Source: Amoebophrya sp. A120 (lineage: Eukaryota; Protista; Dinoflagellata). From it: DNA of 64,000 nt. The notes below the pieces were generated by a model. The model saw only the letters and a program-made list of their open reading frames with translations. It was not told the DNA's origin and ran no database searches. The stretch lies in NCBI GenBank assembly GCA_905178155.1, contig CAJINV010000004.1, positions 2,564,228-2,628,227 of the forward strand. Reading direction: 5' to 3'. Made by a program: the position numbers and the translations under genes. Positions 32,901 through 42,048 of the stretch are shown in pieces (within the stretch, counting starts at the first letter, position 1; the number at the start of each line of letters is the position of its first letter).

Positions 32901-35102
32901 CTGCGAGATCAGCTGCAATTTTTCCACGTTCGTCCGCTCCATCGGTTTTACTTTAGCATCGAGATCCTCAAACAGCACGAGGTCCTCCTATGAGAGTGCA
33001 CAACTCCCCCTCCCTCTCATTTGTACTATTGCGTGAACAGCAATCCAAACACCAGCACACTTGGAGCCTGTGCATGACAAATTCATGCAGTTCTAGTGTA
33101 GTACTGTTTGGGCTTCCGGAACCTGTCATGCGAACAGTGCCACAGGGAAGCATTTGGGTTTGGGGGTTTGCATGACAAATGAGGGGGAGGAGAAGTTGTG
33201 CACTGTCATATTTCCCGCGACAAGGCCAAAACCTTGTCGATCGCGTCGGACACGTACTTGTTTTTAAAGTAGTCCTATGCATTGCAAATATGTCTGGGTC
33301 TGGGAAATTGCGACTTTTGTCATGCTAGTCTGGCATGAGTCTCAACTCTGTATTGCGCGGCCACAAAGAGCTCCTCTTCTCTGTCATGCAAAAACGCAGT
33401 TTCTCATGCGCAGTACGCAACTCTGAGCCGCGGAAAAACTTGTCATGCTGGGCTGCGCACTACAGTGTGCTCACTATTCCCTTCCTTGCATCACAACTTT
33501 CCAGACGAGACCCAGACATTTTTGCATTTGATAAGTCCGCGGTCGAGTTGGTCTGGCGCTCGGGCTATGCATTGCAAATATGTCTGGGTCTGGAAGGATG
33601 TAACTTGTGATGCTGAATCTGGATTCTACAAAAATCTGTATTGCATGAACAGCAAAAGAGGCCCAGCTTTTACGACGGCGAGTGGGCATTGCTCATGCGG
33701 TTTAGGCATCAGGAGACCATCACAAAATCTGTGATGCTAGGGCATGCATCGCAGACATCAGGAGTCATGCGAAATGTGCATGACAAACCTTGCATCCTTC
33801 CAGACCCAGGTATATTGGCATTTGATACGAGCAACAAGTCGATTTGTTCCGTGGTCAAGTCGAGCGACCCCTGCAGCTTCTTCACTGCGTCCTGCGTGAG
33901 AGCCGCGAGTTCTGCGGCCTTCTGCTCGGCCTGGGACCCGTCTTCGTTGGTATCTTGGATCATCTGCTCCAAGGCGCCTTTTAACACCCCGGCGCCGGTA
34001 TGCATTGCAAAAGTAAAAGTATCGTACTAGTATAAATCGCAATACAAATTGCCTCAGCATTAGAAATGGAATTTGTAATGCTGTTTTACCGCAGGAAGAA
34101 GATTTGTCATGCATATTTGCAATTGGTAATTACTACGAGTGCGATACTTTTGCACAGGATAGCCGGGCTCGCTGGAAATCACGTTCAGAACGTTTTGCAA
34201 GGCCGCCGCCTGTATCAACTGCAAATATTATGTCTGGCTCTGGAAGAATGCATGTTTGTCATGCTTGTTTGGCATGACTCTTAAATCTGTCATGCGCACT
34301 ACCCAAAAGCCGAAGCCCTACTTTCCTGGCGTGCAGAAACGCAGTTTGTCATGCAGAATAGGCAACACCTAGAAGAGCTCAGAAACTTGCCATGCTGAGC
34401 CAGCACATGTGGCCTCCTCTCCTCATGATACGGCACCCAGCATCACAAGTTTCCAGACCCAGACATATTTGCAATGCATAGCCTGCGCCGCCGCGGCGTT
34501 TTTGGCGTCGTCCCCGGAGAGCGCGCCGTTTTTGACCCCTTGCATGAACTCGACGAACTTTTCTTTCGCCTAAGAAATAAGGAGGTTTGGTTTTACAGTT
34601 TCATGTCTTCGCACTGATTTAGCGAGACAAACCCATGTGTGTGTGGCATTCTCTGCATTACAAGTTCACAGATTTTTGTTTTTCTATGCGAGGCTACATT
34701 AACATTGTAAAGTTTTTCGTTAGTATCATGAACAAGAAGTAGAAAGTTTTTTACGTCATCCAAGTCGTCCACTTGGATTTCCAGTTCCTTCTCACTCGTT
34801 TTCCTGGTCACATCTGCGTGGTTTCGCTGGGCGTTGGTCCGTTGGCGCTTGATCTTCGCCTCAGCAAGGTACTGTTCCAGTAACTGCTTCGCGTCGGTTA
34901 CAAAATGCACCAGGTTGTCGCCGAGAACGATGTGGTTGAAGTCCTTGGACATGCTGGTCAGCACGCTCGTTGCGTCGACCATTTTCGACGCAATGTCCCG
35001 GGCGGGCAAAGCGGCAACCTCCAGGCAACATCGTGGGGAATAGGAAGTCGTGAGGTAGGCCGCCAGCAAGCCGGCGAAGGACGTTGAAGCGGAAATCGGC
35101 AT
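26945..35102 (-). CDS. Probably secreted coiled-coil protein with a WSC carbohydrate-binding domain; 13 introners plus one canonical intron (~34570-34700)
   Basis: Hydrophobic N-terminus. Spliced WSC reads YIGCFRD..TVKRCSEAC..FQFFGVQYGSECFC..C..CGGPWRNAVY. 34569-26945 minus 13 elements and DRs = 2406 nt, open frame. Confidence 0.8.
27495..27658. mobile_element. Introner family A
   Basis: TATGCAATGCAAAAGCATCG...CGATGCTTTTGCACTGCATA; DR TGTGC/TCTGC. Confidence 0.85.
27736..27973. mobile_element. Introner family D
   Basis: TATGGAGTTCTCAAGCGTTA...TAACGTTTGAGAGCCCCATA; DR TCGCC. Confidence 0.9.
28624..28773. mobile_element. Introner family A
   Basis: TATCCTGTGCAAAAGTA...TACTTTTGCAATTCATA; DR TCGTA. 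Confidence 0.9.
29144..29407. mobile_element. Introner family C
   Basis: TATGGATTGCAAATATGTCTGGGTCTGG...CCAGACCCAGACATTTTTGCATTTGATA; DR GAGGC. Confidence 0.9.
29459..29776. mobile_element. Introner family E (single copy)
   Basis: TATGGAAGCGTCAAGACCGA...TCGATCCTGACACTCCCATA; degenerate DR AAATT/AAAAC; removal restores WSC motif FQF-FGVQYG. Confidence 0.85.
29897..30135. mobile_element. Introner family D
   Basis: TATGGAGTTCTCAAATGTTACATTCTCAA...TTGAGAATGTGACATTTGAGAGTCTCATA; DR GATGT/TATGT. Confidence 0.9.
30226..32535. mobile_element. Non-autonomous hAT-like TIR element
   Basis: Inverted core AAATCGGCCTAGCAA 7 bp inside each end; 8-bp TSD CATATCGT/AATATCGT (30218-30225, 32536-32543); no transposase ORF. 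Confidence 0.7.
31056..31680. repeat. Cluster of GTGACACGCA/TGCGTGTCAC motifs with a perfect 51-bp inverted repeat
   Basis: Many copies in both orientations; 31171-31221 is the exact reverse complement of 31320-31370. Confidence 0.9.
32760..32900. mobile_element. Introner family A
   Basis: CATGCATTGCAAACGTATCG...CGATACTCTTGCAATGCATA; DR CTACG/CTGCG. Confidence 0.88.
32989..33210. mobile_element. Introner family B
   Basis: TATGAGAGTGCACAACT...AGTTGTGCACTGTCATA; degenerate DR CCTCC/TTTCC. Confidence 0.88.
33276..33533. mobile_element. Introner family C
   Basis: TATGCATTGCAAATATGTCTGGG...CCCAGACATTTTTGCATTTGATA; DR AGTCC. Confidence 0.9.
33566..33827. mobile_element. Introner family C
   Basis: TATGCATTGCAAATATGTCTGGG...GGCATTTGATA; DR CGGGC/CGAGC; leaves a net 27-nt micro-exon between it and the previous element. 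Confidence 0.9.
33999..34161. mobile_element. Introner family A (reverse orientation)
   Basis: TATGCATTGCAAAAGTA...TACTTTTGCACAGGATA; DR GCCGG. Confidence 0.9.
34213..34480. mobile_element. Introner family C (reverse orientation)
   Basis: TATCAACTGCAAATA...ACATATTTGCAATGCATA; DR GCCTG. Confidence 0.9.
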
Positions 35103-35646
35103 CTTTACCTTGCTTGGTAACTACCACTTGCAGTTATATCCCGACTTGTAAGTGCCTTTTCTCGCAAGAACCGGCAGTAGCAGACTGAGCACGTCGGACC
35201 AAGCGGGAGTGCGGCGGGGTCCGTCCCCAGCGTTGGCCGGAGGTCGGGCGGCCCGCGGGGAGGGCAAACAAAAACCGCTCAAGTCGTGACCATACTTTCT
35301 TTTACCTTTCGCGATACGGTATGTTTCCTGTATTTAACCATGAAACTATTCAAAGGTGCAACTGCTCGTGTAGCTGGTTACAAATGAGCCAAAGAGGACG
35401 AGATCTTCATTGTTGTTCCCTCTCAGCATGGTGCAACAAAGTGAAATGATTTTACTGATGTACATTCTCTACTACATAACATATGACTACTAGCAAGGAG
35501 TCGACGGACTACAAAAAGTTCTGGAAAAGGAACTGGAACACAACGGTCTGTAAACCATGCTGGTAGAAGCCAAGGAGCACCTTCTCCGCTGCAGAGAAAA
35601 CCAGGCAAGCGTGAGGCCAAAGCTGAATTATCCAGCTGCTCTCGTC

Positions 35647-37277
35647 CTAGTGCACCATATGATTCGGATTCCACCAATTCTCATAAAACACATCAGTTAC
35701 ACCAAATTCATTTTTCAATTGGTTTGCTATGCTCAAGCTGAATTCCGGTGGCCCACAGAGAAACACTCGCAGAGAAGATGAACAAGATGAGCGCTGCTCT
35801 GCTTTATCTTGAAAGAACCTCTTTCTACTTGTTCCCAAATAAATGTCCGCAGCCGTGGGTCTCCGCTTTTCCGTCCCGGTTTGAAACAGCTCGTAGCTCG
35901 CAAGGGTTCCGGTGCGTTTTAACGCTTGAAGGGCGGAAGTATCTTCGGGGCCGAAGATTTTTGCGTCGTCATCGTCACGCACCACGAAGAAAAAGTGGTA
36001 GCGTATGGTGGCCTTTGTTGATGCCTTTTCTCGTTCCATATCCATACGAGTGTGGGGCAGTTCCTCGAGTTCCCGAAAACAGGACAAGAACGGCGTTACG
36101 CCAATTCCAGCAGCTACGAACAAAACGTCGCTGACACTGTCTGTGTATCCTGTGCAAAAGTATCGAACTCGTATTGCAATCATGCATTACAAATCTTTTT
36201 CTTGAGGTCAATTCGCATTTACAAATTTTATTTCTCATGCTGCGGAAATTTGTATAATGCATTTATACGAATACGATACTTTCGCAATTCATACTGTTGT
36301 TTGAGGATCTACCTCCGGTAGTTGATCCCCACTAGCTGTTGCTGTAGTCGTTTTATTCCGGACCGACGTTTTTCTTGTTGCATCTTCATCTGCAGCTGGT
36401 CCACCACATGGAAGAATCCACGACCCCCCGGCCCGCAGCCCAACGACAACGCCCGGCTTACACTGCTCCGAGTGAATCCAGGAGGTCATCGTTGTTTTCT
36501 TGCTTTCATCCAGTCGCTCCCTCTGCACGAGAAATTCTATTTTTGGCAGCTCCCGTGGTGCAGAAACGAACGAATAGCCTCCGATCGGGCGCTATCAAAT
36601 GTAAAAGTGTCTGGGTCTGCGTCTGGAAACTTGTGATGCTGGGTGGCGTATCATGAGGAGGCCACAAGTGCTGTCTCAGCATGACAAGTTTCTGAGCTTC
36701 TAGGTGTTGCCTATTGTATTCTGCATGACAAACTGCGTTTCTGCATGACAGAAAAGTGGCGCTCTTGGGTAACGTGCATGACAGCTTTGAGAGTCATGCC
36801 AGACAAGCATGACAAACATACACTCTTCCAGACCCAGACATTTTTACATTTGATAGGCTCTTCGGGTCCGGCAGCGCGAAATCCGCCCACTGCCCGGGAC
36901 GGAAAGCGAACGGCGGAAAGGTCGGCGGAGTTGGTTCCAGCTGCAGAGTATGCATTGCAAATATGTCTGGGTCTGGAAGAATGCAACTTGTCATGTTAAT
37001 TCTGGATAGTGCAAAAATGTGTGTTGCGTGATTGCCAAAAGCTGTCCACTTTTGACCAAGCTAAGAGGGAGTCTCTCATGCAGACGAGGCATGATAGAGA
37101 TCGGACAGAATCTGTCATGCTGGGTCATGTATGACAGACCTCACGCTCGCGTCATGGACAACCTGCATGACAAGCCTTCCAATCTTCCAGACCCAGACAG
37201 ATTTGCAGTTGATACAGAGTAAGTCGCCGTACTGTTCGTGTCACGTCGCGCACAGAAGTTAAACGGGCGGGGTGCAT
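35647..37277 (-). CDS. OXNAD1: Oxidoreductase NAD-binding domain protein (FNR superfamily, OXNAD1-like); 3 introners; 312 aa spliced
   Basis: FRPGQWADF..PIGGYSFVSAP, WIH..LRAGG, LFVAAGIGVTPFLS, FLCGPP, FYENWW. Spliced length 939 nt. Confidence 0.8.
36146..36293. mobile_element. Introner family A
   Basis: TATCCTGTGCAAAAGTATCG...CGATACTTTCGCAATTCATA; DR CTGTG/CTGTT. Confidence 0.9.
36593..36855. mobile_element. Introner family C
   Basis: TATCAAATGTAAAAGTGTCTGGG...CCCAGACATTTTTACATTTGATA; DR GGCGC/GGCTC. Confidence 0.9.
36949..37214. mobile_element. Introner family C
   Basis: TATGCATTGCAAATATGTCTGGG...CCCAGACAGATTTGCAGTTGATA; DR CAGAG. Confidence 0.9.
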
Positions 37278-37549
37278 GATTTGATTTGGAGGTCTTTTGA
37301 CCTCCAATGAATGTAAGAAAGTATTCACGTAGCCGGCCTTTTCTTTTTTTTTACAGTTTTTTCAATCACGCACGGGCTCACGATTAACAAGAGAAAGGAC
37401 CATTTGCGCATCGCTGTTGTAGGTGTATCCAGAAACAGCTTGGTCTTGAAACACACCAAGTTTCAATAGGAATCAGTTCTTGTAAGGATTGAAAAGATCA
37501 CTTTGATTTTATCTATTTTTGTTGCATAATCCTCGCTGAGATTTGCGCG

Positions 37550-38191
37550 TCACTCTTCAGCACTGATCACGCCCAATTCTATCAGCTTCGGCTCAGCCTC
37601 GCGCAACGCAGCAAGCAAAGTTTCCGCGTTCCGTTGTGCTGCGGCCACGTCTGTTGGTCGGGCGGGGGTTGAGAATTTGAAAACATCATCCCCCGCCAAG
37701 CCGCCGAGCGCGTTCGTTTCGCCAGTGCGCAACTCCTCTCGTAGCCTAGTTTGAATCAACCCGTTCCACTTGCTCCATTGCGCGGTGCTGGGGCCACCAA
37801 AAATCGCAGTTTCCCCGGTCGCCAAGAGGTCTTGCTGCATCTCTGGGTGTTGCCGCAGCTTGGCCGCACATAGCCGGTACATGAGCCGCACGCCGTCCGC
37901 TTCCGTTTTGTGTGGGGTGCCCTGTTGCCCCAGCCGCCACATCCGCTGGCCGTAATCGTGGCTCGACTCGCCCGGGGTCGGGAGATCTAGCCGCATCTTC
38001 TCCCGGTCGGTTTCCTCGTGGAACTTGTAGCCCTGGTAGGCTTGCTCCACGCTGTGCCACTCCTTGCTTTCAAACTCGAATTTCGCAATCTGGAAGTTGT
38101 CCGTGCACGCTGGACAGGGTGTCTTCTTCAACTTCGGCCCGGGCTTCCCGGTGTCCGGCCTCTTCTCGACCAAAAAGCAAGGACCGCCCAT
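37550..38191 (-). CDS. NADAR (YbiA/DUF1768) family protein
   Basis: TDNF..FEFESKEWHSVEQAYQGYKF, MYRLCAAKLRQHPEMQQDLLATG, GLIQTRLREEL; intronless. Confidence 0.8.
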   Translation of the reverse strand: MGGPCFLVEKRPDTGKPGPKLKKTPCPACTDNFQIAKFEFESKEWHSVEQAYQGYKFHEETDREKMRLDLPTPGESSHDYGQRMWRLGQQGTPHKTEADGVRLMYRLCAAKLRQHPEMQQDLLATGETAIFGGPSTAQWSKWNGLIQTRLREELRTGETNALGGLAGDDVFKFSTPARPTDVAAAQRNAETLLAALREAEPKLIELGVISAEE

Positions 38192-38851
38192 GAGTTACTT
38201 GTGGTCCTATGGAGCAGAAAATGAAAAAGCCATCATGTTGTGTGCTGCCCTCTCCTGACGCTCGCGTTTTGATCATATCAATGATGTTGAAATGACGACA
38301 ATAGAGGAGACGCAACTGGCAGGAAGAAGGCCATTTTTCTTGGGGAACACAATCTTCAGCGTTGATGCCGCTGACACTGGGAAGTCATAGAGAACGGCCG
38401 TTATTTGTATTTCCATTCACGTTCACGTTGTAAATGATCCTGCCCGGAGATATAAATGAAAGCAAGTATCTCAGCGCTATTTTCAAAGAGAAAATCAGAA
38501 TGAGACGCAGTTGAACTGGATGGCGGGTGTATGTTCTTTAGTGGACACATAGAAGGTGGAAATGGAATGCCGTGCTACTGTCATGCTGATGCGTGTTGCT
38601 TTTACTTGCTATGATCTGATCATGAAGACTTTTTTCGTGAGTTCTTCGTAAAACCTTTTTCTTTACACGTGTTCCTGCGAGAGCAAGAAGCTGAAGCCCC
38701 ACTAGGAAAAATCTCGATACATCAACTTACATTATTGACAGAAGCGAATGCGTCGTCCTCGTCTGTGATTGCGCTATATTAACCATAGCGACGATTTCAG
38801 AAAAAAAGACATTCTTCATTGCTTTTCCTTTTCAATTTCATATAAATATTG

Positions 38852-40869
38852 CTAGTGACTTGCGATACTCGGGGCAGATTCCTGCTCCTCCCGAAACACC
38901 GCGGCGTCGTTGCAGAGGCGATCGGCCCAGTCCGGGGGATAAAAGACTTGAGTTTGGCTCGGTCGCGCTGCTACTTGCTCTGGTTGGAGGTTCAGTGAAG
39001 AAGAGGAAGAAGTGTTAAAAATGGCTCGGTTATTTTCGTTTTCGATCACACTTCTTGTTTTTTGAGTAGAGCTGTTGTTGCTCCCGCCGGTATCCAAGGT
39101 TAAACCGCTCATCTGCAAAGCCATTTCGTTCGCTCCGCTTGCGTATCAAATGTAAAAGTGTCTGGGTCTGGAAACTTGTGATGCTGGATGGCGTCTCATG
39201 ATGAGGCTACAAATGCTGGCTCAGCATGACAAGTTTCTCAGCTCTTCGGTGTTGCCTATTCTGCATGACAAACTGCGCTTCTGCATCACAGAAAAGCGGA
39301 GCCCTTGGGTAACGTGCATGACAGATTTAAGAGCCATGCCAGACAAGCATGACAAACATGAATTCTTCCAGACCCAGACATTTTTACAGTTGATATTGCG
39401 ACGACAGAATCGAGGGAGCCCAAGATTTTTTTGCGCAACAAATCCATGTCGAAGTCGGGTTCCTTCGCGGAGACGAGGTAGGGATGGCTGACCTGTTACG
39501 GTCACGTGCGTACGTGTTGTGCAAAAGCAGCTCTAGTACGAAATGAATTTCTGTATGCGTTTCTTGTTTGATAACGAAAAAATAAAAAGAAGAGGAATTA
39601 CTACAGCTATAGAATCATTTTTCTAAGCATTCATAATCTACTCAAGCTATCAAGCATGAGAATGAGGTGAGTCCAAAAAAATAAAAGTTTAAGTACTCCA
39701 TGGCGCTGCAAATCCCCTCGGATTTTGTCCAACACTTGCTTCTCACCCATGTCGTTGTCCTCCTCCTCCCGCTCAATGTCGACGTCAACTTTCGTTCGCA
39801 CGAAAATGCACTCCCGGCCGACCCGTTTGCATTCGTCCGAGATCGCCTTATCATTCTCCGTGAACCGCTGAGACGACACCAGCAGTACGCACTGAAAGTG
39901 CCGCAAACCAACGTCGCGAAAGTAGGTTTCTTTCGGGAACCGAGGCGTCCCATATAACAGTGCACAACTCCCACTCCCCCTCATTTGTCATGCAAAATAC
40001 CCAATCCATCCTTCGCCTCTTGGTATTGTTTGCATGACAAGTTGAAGTTCTTGCAGCCCAAATAGCACTACAATCCAGTGCAAATTTGTCATGGAAAACC
40101 AGCACTCTTGCTGATGCTTGTATTGCCGTTTATGCTATACAAATGAGGTGGAGGGGGAGTTGTGCACTGTCATATCCCGACCCCCGGAAGATCCCACAGA
40201 AGGATGCCGGACTCGTAGGCTGACGAGGTGATGTAGTGGGTAATTATACCTGGTCTTTCAACGACCTCTACTGGTGCTCTACAGCAGCTAGAAGAAAGGT
40301 TTGGAGTCTCACATCTTGATCTTTTGGTATGATGGGCTGCGTTGCAGTATACAACGACTCTGAATGCTCGCTAGAACCGAACATGCAACGATGGTTCTCA
40401 CAACCAAAAAATTATACCACCTTCCGACCCCCCCGGCGCCAAAACCGGGTACGGAGTCGCGAACATCGTAGTTTCCGTACTCCCAGTAGCGCACCAAGGC
40501 AGTCCACGCTCCTCGGCCAACTTTCGCTTCCGCAGGCCCCGGAAGCGATTGTTTAGACTGGATTTTCCCGCACCAGAGGGCCCGACAATAGCGATGTTCA
40601 ACTTTTGCGAATACGGCGTCAACCACTCGGGAATGGGGTATTCCTGCAGCATCCGCAAGTATTCCTGCTTCTTCCGCTCCTCCTCCTCTTTTTTCGCCAT
40701 CAGTTTCCTTAATCGCCTGGTTTCCTGCTCCCGGCGCTCCGCTTCGCGCTGCCTCTGCTCTATTTGTTTCCTCCTGGTGCCGCTTCTCAAACTCCGCCAA
40801 TCGCTCATGGAGAGCTCTGCATTGCTGCTTCGCAGCGTCGAGCGCCTCGTGAGAAGGACCACCGCCCAT
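38852..40869 (-). CDS. IRG/IIGP-like GTPase; 2 introners, canonical introns 39493-39696 and 40250-40417; apparent +1 frameshift near 40767
   Basis: LNIAIVGPSGAGKSSLNNRFRGL, TGSTETT, LWDLPGVGTPRFP, SSQRFTEND, FVRTKVD, PYLVS. Start MGGGPS. Spliced length 1162 nt = 3n+1. Confidence 0.8.
39144..39395. mobile_element. Introner family C
   Basis: TATCAAATGTAAAAGTGTCTGGG...CATTTTTACAGTTGATA; DR TTGCG; close relative of 36593-36855. Confidence 0.9.
39953..40174. mobile_element. Introner family B (reverse orientation to 19453)
   Basis: TATAACAGTGCACAACTCCC...GGGAGTTGTGCACTGTCATA; DR TCCCA/TCCCG; splits DLPGVG-TP. Confidence 0.9.
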
Positions 40870-41204
40870 TTGCGTTTCTGGACGAATATAGATTTGGATG
40901 GAGTAGCGTTCAAGTACAAATTGGATCGTTCGTTCAATACTTGAATTGTCGTTTCTCCGTGTTGGTCTTATTTGCACTACTGTTTATGCGGTCTGTCCCA
41001 TGTTGTAAATGTTGGTGCTCGGCGTGGACATATCCGATTTTCTTTTTGCATCGTAACGAAACTTGTGCGTTAACAACACTAACTCGTTTCACAAGAATCG
41101 TCTTTATCTTCTTTCCTTCAGTAAAAAATCGCGTGCCTTGTGACGTTAACCACCTTCCCCTTCGTTGACACGACAGAGATCTTGTTCAGACAGTAAGTGA
41201 CTCA

Positions 41205-41370
41205 GACTGCAGAAGCAGAGAACCATCGCGCTGGAAAGTGAAACAGAAACGGACCACACGGATCAATGACTGGAGTTGTCCGTGAACGGCGCTGGTGGAT
41301 CTTCACGTGCTTTCTTCAACAACTTTGGTCCGAGCTTCCCAGTGTTCGGCCCCTGGAGGACGACCTTCGC
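41205..41370 (-). pseudogene. Degenerate NADAR 5' fragment (second copy ~46550-46715)
   Basis: Translates as GPNTGKLGPKLLKK...PAPFTDN versus RPDTGKPGPKLKKTPCPACTDN in 37550-38191; frame disrupted afterwards. Confidence 0.5.
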
Positions 41371-42048
41371 GCTTTGATCAATGAGGTTATTGAAATAACG
41401 ACCGGAGAAACTGGCACCAGACTGTTTGCATGAACACAGTAAAAAAATATGTTGTAGCAATAACTTCCCTCTAGGATGAAAAAGGTCCTCGTGTATGCCA
41501 TCTTCGCGTGTTTATTATGCTTGCCATTTTCGTGTGTTTAACAAACTCCATACATTCGAGCTTTTCTCTTAATTCACAATTTTGAAACTTATGTTGATAC
41601 TCGTAGAGACTACACTCCTTTTTGTTGTTTCTTGTTAACAGTGAATATCGGTTTGAGTTGGAGTTTTGGGCTATTTGTTTTGGTAAATAGTTTATACTTC
41701 ATCTATGCTATGGGTTTCACTTGTGTATACTGAAAACTGATAGATACTGTAATTGTTTATTGCGAGGTCCGGCTCTCCTGGTGTGCCAGCTGTGAGAAGA
41801 TCGAATTTATTTTCCTCATCGAAATTTTGAAGTAAACTATAACTACCTAAACTAAGACTACTAAAAGGAGCTTATCTGCCAAAACGGAAATATGCAGCCG
41901 GATATTAGCTAAATTGGTCGACTGAGCTACGCATCGTTTCGCTTTCTACTTCGGAAGACAAGAATCAGTGATGCTAAAACCTACAACCAAAAGACATCGC
42001 GCGTACTTATCATTTTGACTTTTACAGCACTGATCGTTTACGTTTTAT

